A stretch of DNA of 63,586 nt, filler included, from Octopus bimaculoides (GCF_001194135.2; 5 parts of 4 records of this genome joined end to end with filler, not necessarily neighbours in it); one strand, 5' to 3'; shown: positions 25,728-38,152, counted from the first letter of the whole stretch. Numbers and translations are program-made. The notes: generated from the sequence alone by a model not told the origin.

Positions 25728-26486
25728 GTATACGTTTAATACATTCTAATACATTGGAATAAATAGACATACTGGAATATTTACCAGCTGATGTCTGTCC
25801 ATTTTGTATCCTTTCCACAATCAATCAACCATTTAACATCCATTTTCCATGCTGGTATGGGTTGGACAGTTTAACAAGGACAGGCACTTCAGAAGATGAC
25901 ACCAAGTTCTGCTGTTTGTTTTGGCACGTTTTCTATGGTTGGATGCCCTTCCTGATGCCAGCATAACTTACCGACTTCCTTTCCCTCTGCTTCATTCACT
26001 CGCCGGGCATTGGTCACTCTGGAGCTATAGTAAACAGACACTGGCTCGAGGTGCTTTGCAGTGGGAGTAAAACCCAAAATCTCACCAGTTGCAAAAAGGA
26101 GCTTCGTAACACACAACCATGCTTGCACCTAAAAGTGAACGTATATGAACCTATATGAATAAGAGAAAGAGGTATGTGTGTGTGAACACAAACACATTAT
26201 GATACACACTCGCACATGCACACACACACACACACCAACAAAACAGTTTACCAAGGTAAATATTTTCCCCATTGTAGAAGAAAGGGAGATGGGAGGTATG
26301 GTTGACCCAGTTAACACCTTAGTACATTCTTGGATACATTGCTGGCATTATTTTAGCAGCCTTGGACAAGATGTGATTTTGAACTCAGAACATCAGAGAA
26401 ACTGAGATAAAATACTTTAAATCCTGATAACCTAAAATCTTGCTACCACTTCTAGTAAACAATTATAATATTTCTAATATAATTAT

Positions 26487-26532
<46 letters not shown>

Positions 26533-26782
26533 TGATGATGATAATAATTATGGTTTCAAATTTTTCCACATTTTGGGGGAGGGGATGAGTCGATTACATC
26601 AACCCCAGTGTTCAAGTGGTCCTTATTTTATTGACCTTGAAAGGATGAAAGGGGAAGTCAACTTTGGCAGAATTTGAAATCAGGACGTCAGGACCGGTGA
26701 GATACCGCAAAGCATTTTATCCAGCATCTTAGTGATTCTGCCAGTTCACCACCTTAATAATGATAATAATAATAATAATAAT

Positions 26783-27146
26783 AAGAGCACTCAGAGAGCG
26801 CAAACCTCCGCCAAGGCAATACCAACGCCCTCTCAACGATTAGCTGGAGATGATTTTTAAAATGAGAATATCTGAAATAAACTCAACTGCTCTCACAAAC
26901 AAGAATACTAAAAATGAACCCGACCACTCTCAGAAATTAAGTAAAAAAAAGAACGGAAAAATAACCCAGAATCCTTATCTGGTACCAGATCGATCCCAAA
27001 ATCTAATCAGTTTGTGCCAGTCATGAGGCCAAATATTCCTGAAAGTCTCATCTGAATCCATTCAGTGGTTCTTGAGATAACTTGTCCACGGACAAACAAA
27101 CCCGACTGCAAACAATACTTCCGCCTTCATTAAGGCAGAGGTAATA

Positions 27147-27147
<1 letters not shown>
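26783..27147 (-). mobile_element. Complete HINE-like non-autonomous Helentron
   Basis: 5' end TTATTACCTCTGCCTTAATGAAGGCGGAAG (sub-TIR plus palindrome), followed by a GTTT microsatellite. 3' end CCTTGGCGGAGGTTTGCGCTCTCTGAGTGCTCTT has the sub-TIR complement and a GCGCTC/GAGTGC hairpin. It is inserted in (TAA)n. Confidence 0.75.
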
Positions 27148-27177
<30 letters not shown>

Positions 27178-27779
27178 TAGTCCTTTCTATTATAGGCACG
27201 AGGCCTGAAATTTGAGGGGAGGCGTTAGTTAATTACATCGACCCAGTGCTCAACTGGTACTCATTTTATATACCCTGAAAGGATGAAAGTCAAAGCCAAC
27301 CTCAGCGGAATTTGAACTCAGAACGTAAGGATAGAGAAAATGCTTCCAAGCATTTTGCCCAGTGTGCTAACGATTCTGCCAAATAATAATAACGATGATA
27401 ATCTTCTATAAGCTCAAGGCCTGAATTCCTCAGGAAAAAAGAGGCAGTAGATTACATCAACCCCATTATTTGACTGTTACTTATTTCATCGTCCCTGAAA
27501 AAATGAAAGGCAAAGTTGACCTCAGTGAAATTTGAACTCAGAAGGTAAAGACAGATGAAATGCTGTGTAGAATTTTGTCCACTGTGCTAACAATTCTACC
27601 AGATTGCTATGTACAATGATAATAATGTTTTTTCACATGTCACCGGCACAAGTGCCAGTAAGGCGGCGCTGGTCACGATCACGCTCAAATGGTGCTATTT
27701 ACGTGCCACTGGCACGGAAGTCAGACAGCTTGTGACCAATAATATTATTATTATTATTATTATTATTTTATTATTATTA

Positions 27780-27815
<36 letters not shown>

Positions 27816-28384
27816 CATTATTATTTTATTATTATTATTATTATTATTTTATTATATTATTATATTATTATTATTATTATTATTATTGGCAGTGAGCTGG
27901 CAGAATTCTTAGCATGCCAGGCAAAAAGCTTAGCAGCACTACACCCGCTTTTACATTCTGAGTTCAATTATATAGTTCTGGGTTAATCAGTGCCTTGTGA
28001 ATGAATCTGATAGACAGAAACTGTGAGGAAGCCCATTAGATATATGTCTGTGTATGTGTTTTTGTGTTCGTTTGTTCCTCCCCACCACAACTTGACAACC
28101 GATGTTGGTTTGCTTATGTCCCTGTTACTTAGCCGTTTGGCAAAAGAAACTGATAGAGTATGTGCCAGTATTATATCTGTGTATGAGTCTTCGTGTCGGT
28201 GTTTCTCCCCCCCCCCCGGCGCCCCCACTGCTTCACAGCCAGTGTTGGTTTGCTTATGTCCCTGTAACTTAGCAGTTTGGCAAAAGAGATCGATTGAGTA
28301 AGTGCCAGATGTAAAATAAATAAGTATTGGAGGTGGGGGTTGGAGGGTGATTTGTTCAACGTTTTTTTTTTTTTTTTTTTTTTT

Positions 28385-28632
28385 AGTGCGGGTGGTACAT
28401 GAAATGCACCATTTTGAGCATGGCTGTTGCCAGTACTGCCTGACTGGCCTTCGTGCGGGTGACACGTAAAAGCACCCACTACACTCTCTGAGTGGTTGGC
28501 GTTAGGAAGGGGGCATCCAGTTGTAGAAACTCTGCGAAATCAGATTGGAGCCTGGTGTGGCCATCTGGTTTCACCAGTCCTCAGTCAAATCGTCCAACCC
28601 ATGCTAGCATGGAAAGCGGACGTTAAACGACA
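28385..28632 (+). mobile_element. SINE family C
   Basis: About 90% identical (by eye) to the inverted copy at 28980-29322. Confidence 0.85.
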
Positions 28633-28979
28633 ACGACGACGAAACCCATCAAGGTGGTACCCCAGCATGGCCACAGTTCAGTGACTGGAAACAAGTAGAA
28701 GATAACAGATGATGTTAGTAATAACAACGGCGGCGGTAGCTGCTGCTGCTGCTGCTTCTCAAATCTTTAGAGAAAGGAGATTTATGGCTTATCGAACTGG
28801 CTGCCAGGATATAAACTGGTGATTGGGTTTATCAACAATGGCTTCTAGCAGAGACACAGCATCACAAAATGTACAGAGATGCAGGGAGTTTTCTCATATT
28901 ACAACATTTCTTCATCAGTTTCCTGCATTCTGCTCGTCCATTTATCAGGCTACTATCCCAATTTCTCTACATCACCACA

Positions 28980-29322
28980 TATCATCATCATCATCATCAT
29001 CATCAACGTTTAACGTCCGCTTTCCATGCTAGCATGGGTTGGACGATTTGACTGAGGACTGGTGAACCAGAAGGCTGCACCAGTCTCCAATCTGATTTGG
29101 CAGTGTTTCTACAGCTGGATGCCCTTCCTCACGCCAACCACTCCGAGAGTGTAGTGGGTGCCTTTACGTGTCACTGGCACGAAGGCCAGTCAGGTGGTAC
29201 TGGCAATGGCCACGCTCAAAATGGTGTATTTTACATGCCAACTGGACAGGAGCCAGTTCAGCGGCGCTGGCAACGATCTCGCTCGAATGTCTTTACATGT
29301 GCCAGGAAGGCGATGCTGGCCA
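28980..29322 (-). mobile_element. SINE family C
   Basis: (ATC)n tail at 28980-29003 with the body following. Confidence 0.85.
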
Positions 29323-29805
29323 CAGGTGCCATCAAGAAAGCAAAAATCTTGCTTAGTTCAGCTGCTATTTGTTTCTGCCGGTCGCTGTTGAGACTTTGAG
29401 TGTTCTTGGACTCCGCATTTCTGATTTCCTCTGCAAAATCAGGTTAACGGTGGACTTCTGAGAAATGAGCCCTGCGAGGTCATGTGGCTGTTGCAGTGGT
29501 CATTCTCTGCAGCAACACCCTTGCGGTTATGTCCCCAAGGCGTGGCTGAGTACATCATTTGGTCAGGGATGTACAACCTGTTACTCCCACCCTTCCCATA
29601 TTTTGCTGCTTAATTCCTTCCCCCACTCTTTCTTTGTCTCTGTTTCCTTGGTGAGGTAGTTCTGTTTTTATTTTTTCCCTCAATAACTTGATCATTTATA
29701 CTCATGATATTTTCCCCTCTTTTTCATCCTGTAGAAATATGTTGCTAAATAAAAATTATTTTCATATCTTATATAAATTTAACCCCTTATTTTAATTTAA
29801 CATTA

Positions 29806-29970
29806 GGGGCAGGAGTGGCCATGTGGTAAGAAGCTTGCTTCCCAACCACATGGTTCTGGGTTCAGTCCTACTCCATGACACCTTGGGCAAGTGTCTTCTA
29901 CTATAGGCTTGGGCCAACCAATGCCTTGTGAGTGGATTTGATTGACGGAAACTGAAAGAAGCCTCTCGTA
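29806..29970 (+). mobile_element. SINE family A, 5' half (tRNA-like head plus CORE-like ACCTTGGGCAAGTGTCTT)
   Basis: Same head as 61115-61514. The matching 3' half is at ~30500-30700. Confidence 0.85.
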
Positions 29971-30724
29971 TATATACATATCATTATCTATCTATCTATC
30001 TATCTATCTATATATATATATATATATATATATATAACGTGAGAGAGTTAGGGGTTGGGGGTACAACCCACTAAGGGATAGTATCTATCCAGTATACTGC
30101 TGGGAGGGTACCCAATTATTGCTACACTAGTGCTATACTAGGTGCAATCAATGGGAGCGGGTAAAAGTGGAGGTTTTACTCAAAATTTGTGTAACAATTA
30201 GAAAATGGAGGATAATATGCTGAACCCAACTACTTGCAGATGGTGTATCCCGTTGAATTCATTAATTTAATTCATAGCAAAAGTGACAAAAGAGAGGAAG
30301 AAAAGAAAAAGAAAGAAAGAACCAAAGCACAGGTGTCCATGGCAGACTATGTTATTTTGCCAACATGGTTTACATATAGAAGTACAAAGTACATAAGGAA
30401 TTAGAGGATGAACAGAAGTTTAATCTTACAGCTGTTACGCCCTAGTTTTGGCAGGCCCCATTCTATATATATATATATTATATGTGTATGTATATATTTG
30501 TGTGGCTGTGTTTGTCTCCCCACCATCACTTAACAACCGATGTTGGTGTGTTTACATCCCCGTAACTTAGCAGCTCAGCAAAAGAGACCGATAAAATAAG
30601 TACTAGTCTTACAAAGAATAAGTCCTGATGGTCGATTTGTTTGACTAAAGGTGGTGTGCCAGCTTGGCCACAGTTCAAATAACTGAAACAAGTAAAAGAA
30701 AAAAAAACCCCTTAAAAACCTACT

Positions 30725-30943
30725 TTAACCCTTTTGGTACCAATCTACCTGAAATTACCCTGGCTTCTCTGATACAAGTTCCCTATTTTAAAATGGTCTT
30801 TATTCAAAACCTTCCATCAAAATTTCATTCTAATTTTTGTTCCAAATACTCAATAATGACAAACATGTTTCAATAAATTCTTTATTATTTTCAAAATTAA
30901 TTGAAAGAAATCAGTATATTTCTACAAAAATATGGTAACAAAA
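30725..30943. mobile_element. piggyBac-type MITE remnant
   Basis: The left end is TTAA-CCCTTTTGGTACCA. The right end TGGTAACAAAA is complementary to the inner TIR but lacks the terminal GGGTTAA. Confidence 0.5.
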
Positions 30944-31699
30944 TTACCATATTTGATGGCATAAAAGACATGCAAGCAAGTAAGGCACACCCAATTTCAG
31001 CAGCGTGTGTTCGGGGGGAAAAAGTTTTTTTGTGCATTAAAAAAAGCATGTAATATTAGCTTGTGGGAAGCCCAACTTCACATATAAGACCCATTGTTAT
31101 TTTTTGAGACACATTTTTGGATAAAAAGTATGTCTTATAAGACATCATATAGTCTGCCAAAATAAGTATGGAACTGTAATAAAGAATTTTTAAATCTAAA
31201 ACCATTTTCTTTACCAGAATCACTACATTTTCTGGGGGATCTTGAAATATCATCCAGGTCAAAAATTTGTATTTTTTTTTTTATGTCATTCAAACGTAGG
31301 AAGCATGATATGAATATATATCAACCCAGTATTTTACTGGTACTTACATTATAGACCCTGGGAGGATAAGTGATAAAATAAACATCATCATCATCATCAT
31401 TTAACTGCTGTTCTCCATGCTGGCATGGGTTGGACGGTTTGACCAGGGCTGGTAAGCTGGAAGGTTGCACCAGGTTCCAGTCTGATTTGGAATGGTTTTC
31501 TACAGCTGGATGCCATTCCTAACACCAACCACTCCAAGAGTGTAATGGGTGCTTTTACATGCCACAGGCATGGGTGTCATTTGTGTGACACTGGTAGCTG
31601 CCATGACTGCAATTTTGCTCAGCTTGATAGGTCTTCTTCTCAAGAGCGACATAATGCCAAAGGTCTTGGAAATTAATCTAACCCAGTGGTTTTCATTTG

Positions 31700-32023
31700 T
31701 GGAGGCGCATTGGCCTAGTGGTTAGGGCAGCGGACTCGTGGTTGGAGGATCATGGTTTCGATTCCCAGACCAGGCGTTGTGTGTGTTTATTGAGTGAAAA
31801 CACCTAAAGCTCCACGAGGCTCCGGCAGGAGGTGGTGGCGACCCCTGTTGTACTCTTTCGCCCCAACTTTCTCTCACTCTTTCTTCCTGTTACTTGGGTA
31901 AAGCTGCGATGGACTGGCATCCCGTCCAGCTGGGGGTGGGGGCAACACATACGCCATAGAAACCGGGAAACCGGGCCCATGAGCCTGGCTAGGCTTTAAA
32001 AGGGTGCATAAATAAAAAATAAA
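31700..32023 (+). mobile_element. Complete tRNA-derived SINE with a V-domain-like core and a 15 bp TSD
   Basis: A box TGGCCTAGTGG (31711), B box GGTTTCGATTCC (31754), GCTGCGATGGACTGGCATCCCGTCCAG (31903-31929) and an A-rich tail. TSD AGTG[G/A]TTTTCATTTG at 31685-31699 and 32024-32038. Confidence 0.88.
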
Positions 32024-32146
32024 AGTGATTTTCATTTGGGGGCCCATATAAGATTTTGTTGTTAAAGTTTATGTAAAATATATTGGTTATACTTCTAATA
32101 ATACACAAAATATTGAAGAAAATATTTTGGTACAGTTCCTAATAAT

Positions 32147-32365
32147 TATTTCTATTCTAGGCACAAGGCCTTGAAAATTTTTTTGGGAATGGGGTTAATA
32201 GATTACATCGACCTCAGTGCATAACTGGTACTTATTTCATCGACCTGGAAAGGATGAAAGGCAAAGTTAACTTCGGTAGAATTTGAACTTAGAATGTAGT
32301 GGCAGATGAAATACCTCTAAGCATTTCGCTCAGCGTACTAACGATTCTGCCATCTTGCAGCTTTT
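32147..32365 (-). mobile_element. SINE family B with a 17 bp TSD
   Basis: GTACAGTTCCTAATAAT is duplicated at 32130-32146 and 32366-32382. Confidence 0.88.
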
Positions 32366-32654
32366 GTACAGTTCCTAATAATAATTTAATTATAAATATA
32401 CAATTGGATTTTTAAACATGGAATGGTTATGGGGGTCCACCAAAGTAAAATAGGAACCAAAGGGATTCCTAGGGAGAAAATGGTTCAGAACCACTGATCC
32501 ATACATTAATACAACACTGCTTTACCAATTCTACCAGTCACTGCTGTCTTATCCAAAGATTGGTGCCAAGACAGTAATTTGTGGAAGAGCTGCTCGGATC
32601 AAGATTTCATCAAATGGTTGGTACTTACTAAGCCAATGTGGAATCATGTATAAC

Positions 32655-32815
32655 ATTCGACCTGCTAGAAATAGCAGCTACAATCTCCCTCTACTGACTT
32701 AAAAAAGGGAATGACACATTGGATAGTGTATTTGTAGATATGAAAAAGATAGGATGGTCATTGGAATGTCTTTGATTATAAAGTTCTGCAAAACCAACAA
32801 TAACTGGTATTATTT
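32655..32815 (+). mobile_element. Interspersed repeat family D (TTCGACCTGCTAGAAATAGCAGCC...(AAC)n tail), probable SINE
   Basis: Copies at 34088-34232(+), 34326-34490(-), ~35230-35430(-), ~43015-43040(-) and 43905-43975(+). Confidence 0.65.
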
Positions 32816-33030
32816 TAAACAGTTTTGGGATTAGAAGTGGGTTATGTAAGATTTAAAAAATTTGCAAGAAAGGAATGGAACTGTTGGCTACTGTTTTTTT
32901 TTTTTCTATCTTTCAACCTACCATTGTATCTGTCTGTCTGTCTACTCAATATTCTGCCCATTGTTTTTACCTACAGTTCTGCTTATGTAATTTTCTACCT
33001 ACTCATCTATCTATCTATCTATCTATCTAC

Positions 33031-33210
33031 CTTTTTTTTTTTTTCGATCCCTTTTGATCGAACTCCCCCTTTTTCCCTTCCTACGATCCCTTTTGATCGA
33101 CACCACCCCTTTTTTTTTTTTCCTTCCTCCCCCCTCCCAAAAAGAAAAGCTCTACATTGTATTTGTCCCATCTTCGTTGAGCCCTGTGTGGCTAATAAAA
33201 GAAATGTATC
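33031..33210 (+). mobile_element. 3' end of an unidentified retroelement embedded in (TATC)n
   Basis: Near-identical inverted copy at 52855-53005. It ends AATAAAAGAAATG-(TATC)n, and (TATC)n also lies directly 5'. Confidence 0.75.
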
Positions 33211-33285
33211 TATCTACCTACCTACCTTACCTACCTACCTACCAACCTTTCTATCTATCTGTCTGTCTGCCTGCCTGCCTGTCTG

Positions 33286-33333
<48 letters not shown>

Positions 33334-34499
33334 CCCCTTTCTCTCTCTCTCTCTACATTATGCCAGTATGGAAGGCAGATGGTAAACAATGACGATAATG
33401 ATGATGGTGATGATGATATATATATTTACACATATATACACATGCACACACATATCTATCTATCTATCTATACATACATGCATACATGCATCTCTTTTTT
33501 TCTCTACAGTTTATTCCACCATAGTCTCTTGTATTCTTTCAAACTAAAGTAACATTCAGAAACTCACTCTTTGTCTGAACACGCATACACATGCACACAA
33601 ACATGCACTTGCGCCCCCCCCCACACACATGCACACACATACACACACACATATCCCCTCCCCCCTTCCTTGTCACTACTGTTATCTCTCAGACATTCTC
33701 TGTTTGTATTGCTTTAGCAGTAGGCTCTGAAGATAGGGAAGAATGCTTAGTTGGCACATCCTTCTTCCCCACCACTCACCAGGCACACACACACACACAT
33801 ATATCTACTCCCTTTACCGCTACTATCGCCACCACCACCACCACTCTGCAATTCCCACCACACTTATCTACCACACATTTATCTACTCCCCTCACCCCTC
33901 ACATATTCACACACATACACACACATATCTATCTATCTTCTTCATTACCAACACCAACGCTCCCATCACATACAGACATACACACACACATATATTCCCT
34001 TCATCACCACCACCACCACCACCTCTACCTATATCATTACCCCATCCCCATTTTGTGCCAATGACGGAGCCTGTACATAGTTGCTTGGGGCTGCTAGAAA
34101 TAGCAGCCAAATAACTCTCAAAATTATACTGTACTACTTAGGGACCTTGGATAACAGATAAAACTGCTGAAAATAAAGGCAGGGTAGTCATGGCTGGAAC
34201 TACTTTGATCACACCTGCTTCTCCATCATGGTTGACTCAGGGTTAAAAAAAACAATAGGACCCTTCTACCTCCATTCTACCCACAATTCCTCTCTTTACC
34301 CATCACTCTTGGTTTTGTGAATGAGATGTTGTTTAACCCCAGGTCAGCCCTAACTGAGTAAACCTATAATCAAAGACGTTTCATCCATGACCATCCCATT
34401 GTTATGTATATATCTAGGGCTACATTGTGTCCCTATTTAAGACCGTAGGGTTTATGTGACTGAAAGGGAATTTGGTGCTGTTTCTAGCAAGCTCAATTA

Positions 34500-35020
34500 T
34501 GGCATAATGGCTCTTTCATTGGTTTGTGTGTGTGTGTGTGTGTGCACGTGTGTGTATGAGTACATATGTGTATATGTGTGTATGAGTACATATGTGTATA
34601 TGTGTGTATGAGTACATATGTGTATATGTGTGTGAGTACATATGTATATATGTGTGTGTGTACATATATGTATGTGTATATGTGTATGTATGCATGTATA
34701 TGTGTGTACGTATGTGTGTGTGTATGTATGCATATGTATGTACATATGTATACGTATGAACGTATATGTACATATGTATATGTACATATAAGTACATATG
34801 TGTATGTATGTACATATATATGTATGTGTATGTATGTACATATATTTATGTATGTATATGTATGTACATGTATATGTACGTACACATAGGTATGTATATG
34901 TATGTACATATATATGTATGTGTACATGTATGTACATATATATATATATGTATGTATGTTTGTATATATATATTTTTGTGTGTGTATGTTTGTATATATG
35001 TATGTGTGTGTGTGTATGTT

Positions 35021-35075
<55 letters not shown>

Positions 35076-35082
35076 TTGTATA

Positions 35083-35118
<36 letters not shown>

Positions 35119-35200
35119 TTTGTATTTGTGTATGTTGCTGTGGCATGGGTTTTATATATGTACACTGGCACCATATGTGTGTGTGTGTGCAGAAGTATGA
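34500..35200. repeat. Compound TA/TG microsatellite and minisatellite (TGTGTATGAGTACATATG units)
   Basis: Low-complexity tract that generates the HT/YI/CV pseudo-ORFs. Confidence 0.9.
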
Positions 35201-36134
35201 ATGTGTGTGTCTGATGTCTGCTGTGGGTATGTTTTGCTGTTTAGCTCCAGGTCATCTCCCATTAAGTACGCCTATCATCAAACCCCTTCCAAATAAAGCC
35301 ATCACCCCTTTTTTTTCGTTTGCAAAAAAAAAAATGTTTCTGTATCTACTGTTATTCTTTTTTTTTCCTTTCAGACGGTACATCTGATTTGAGGGATGAG
35401 TAACTGTTATTTCTAGCAAGTTAGAAAGCCACTACCTAAAAACCCCTTAGTTAGCTTGTGTATATGTGTTATGTGTGTGTGTTGAAAGTGTATATATTTT
35501 TATGGTATATGTAGAAGGCAGTTATTGTATGTATACATGTATATGATGCGTTGAGCATGTGTATGTGTTGTGTGTGTATATATGTGTATGGTGGATTATG
35601 TGAGAGTATGATGTGTGTGTATGTTTAGTGTATTGTATGTGAATATATGTATATGTCTGGTTACTCTGTGTGTGTGTGTGTGTGTGTGTGTATCTGAAGT
35701 AGTATGTGTGTGTATGCATGTTAAAGGAAGGAAATTGAATGACTGCAGTTGTTTTCTGTGTGTGGATTGGTTGATAATAGTGATGTTGGAAGGAGGCCTT
35801 TTGGGGTGGGTAGGGTAGTAGTGGTGGGTGCTCATTGCCAGCATTGTGTGTGTGTGTATGTGTATATGTGTGTGTGTGTAGGAGTGTAAAGGAAACCTAG
35901 GGATTGGGGAGAGAAGCAAGTGATGTTGGGGTGGTGGTGTTATGTTATGGTTTATAGGTCAATGTGACCCCCACATAAGTGTGTAGAGGGGACGGAGGGG
36001 ATGAGAGGTGCCATTGTGTCTGCATGTGTATATATATATTTGTGTTTATAAGTATATGTGTGTGTGTATGTGTATATGTGTGTATATTTATGTATATAGA
36101 GGCAAGATGTGTATCATAGGTGGATGCTCATATA

Positions 36135-36173
<39 letters not shown>

Positions 36174-36305
36174 GTATTTCTTTGTGTGCATGTGTGTATG
36201 CATACGTGGGTGTGTATGTATGTAACTATATATGCATATAATACACACACACATGTACACACACATATATATATACATTCACATGTACACATATGAATTT
36301 GTATG

Positions 36306-36357
<52 letters not shown>

Positions 36358-36642
36358 TACATACAAGGTTACATGCACGCACATGCACACACATTTAGTG
36401 TCCCCTAATAGACACTTAATAGGGAGATAATCCTTTCTTTATAATATTTGGCATGATTAGAAGTTAAATTTAAGAAATTATAAAGAAAAAGATGCATGGA
36501 ATATGCAGATTTTATTTTGATTTTCTGTTTCCTTAATTATTATGAAGTTCGTAAAATTTCTAGTCAATAGTGTTAATGTATAGCACTATTTCATTCTTTT
36601 TTGAAATCATCAGCATGATGTAACCTCAGATACATTACTCTT

Positions 36643-36843
36643 TTACTTGTTTCAGTCATTTGACTGCGGCCATTCTGGAGCACCGCCTTTAGTCAAAGAA
36701 ATCAACCCCAGGACTTATTTTTTGTAAGCCTATCGGTCTCTTTTGCAGAACCGTTATGTTACGGGGGAATGTAAACACACCAGCATCGGTTGTCAAGTGA
36801 TGTTGGGGGACCAACACAGACACACAAACATATACACACACAT

Positions 36844-36882
<39 letters not shown>

Positions 36883-37046
36883 CGACGGGCTTCTTTCAGT
36901 TTCCATCTACCAAATCCACTCACAAGGCCTTTGTCGGCCTGAGGCTATAGTAGAAGACACTTGCCCAAGGTGCCACGCAGGAGGACTGAACCCAGAACCA
37001 TGTGGTTGGTAAGCAAGCTACTTACCACACAGCCACTCCTGCGCCT
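36643..37046 (-). mobile_element. SINE family A, full length with a central microsatellite
   Basis: Colinear reverse complement of 61115-61514. Confidence 0.9.
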
Positions 37047-37729
37047 ATGGTCAAAGGTGTTCTGTCTGTAACCATTTTCTCCTATAGCAAACATAGTTTG
37101 TCTCAGAATGCATTCTACAGCATATTCTTTCTTTCTTCAATTTGTTAGAGAGAATGTGCTTTGAGAGAGAGAGAGAAAGAGAGAGAGAGATTTAGCTACT
37201 CTTTATACCCAGTCAAGTAACCTTGTAGAGCTCTGCCATTGACTCATATATTTGTGTGCATGTGTATATGGTCCAATAAACAAAATATTGATTTAATAGG
37301 CGTGTTTGTATGTGTTGCTATATATGTCTGTATGTACACATACACACACTTCCCTGTAACTTGAGGGTACACTCTAACACATCTTCACCATCTTCTTTCT
37401 CTTTCTCCTCTCCTCTTTCCCCTTTTTTCCTACTGCGGTAGCCCTGTATCTCTTCTACTGCAAGACACCCGTTTATATCCCTATATCATATTCTAATCTC
37501 ACATCATCTGACACAAAGCCACTTCCTTTAACACAGTCGAGGAGTCTTGTCTTCCAAGTTCCTTGGTAATCTTGCTGGTGCTGATATTATATAAAAAGCA
37601 CCCAGTACACTCTGTAAAGTGGTTGGCATTAAGAAGGGCATTCAGCCATAGAAACATTGCCAAGGGAAACAGTGGAGCTTGGTGCAGTCTTCCGGTTTGC
37701 CAGTTCTTTGTCAAACTACCTGACTATTA

Positions 37730-37908
37730 CTTGACAACTGATGTTGGTGTGTTTACATCCCCATCACTTAGCGGTTTGGTAAGAAAGACCGATAGAATAA
37801 GTGCTAGGCTTACAAAGAATAAGTCCTGGGGTCGATTTGCTTGACTAAAAGGCAGTGCTCCAGCATGGCCGCAGTCAAATGACTGAAACAAATAAAAGAA
37901 TAAAAGAA
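37730..37908 (+). mobile_element. SINE family A, 3' half
   Basis: CTTGACAACTGATGTTGGTGTG...AAATGACTGAAACAAATAAAAGAATAAAAGAA. Confidence 0.85.
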
Positions 37909-37926
37909 TATATATATGTATATATG

Positions 37927-38115
37927 TTCTTTTATTCTTTTACTTGTTTCAGTCATCTGGCTACAGCCATGCTGGAGCATCACCTTTAGTCGAACAAATC
38001 GACCCCAGGACTTATTCTATCAGTCCTTTTGCTGAACCACTAAGTTACAGTGACGCAAACACACCAACATCGGTTGTCAAGCGATGGTGGCAGGGACAAA
38101 CACAGACATGCAAAT

Positions 38116-38152
<37 letters not shown>

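Larger units (their letters stand above)
31684..32496. mobile_element. hAT/Charlie-like MITE carrying two nested SINEs
   Basis: TIRs CAGTGGTTTTCA (31684) and TTCAGAACCACTG (ending 32496). The degenerate 8 bp flanks ATCTAACC/ATCCATAC match 5/8. The body is homologous to 43982-44079 plus 46174-46278. Confidence 0.75.

Noticed and set aside
31700-31775. tRNA-like sequence
   Set aside because: It is a SINE head with A/B boxes but no full cloverleaf. No genuine tRNA, rRNA or CRISPR array was seen anywhere in the window.
34493-35387. Long HT/YI/CV-rich ORFs (also around 24.7, 43.2, 53.8-55.9 kb)
   Set aside because: Translations of TA/CA/TG microsatellites or N-runs, with no domain content.
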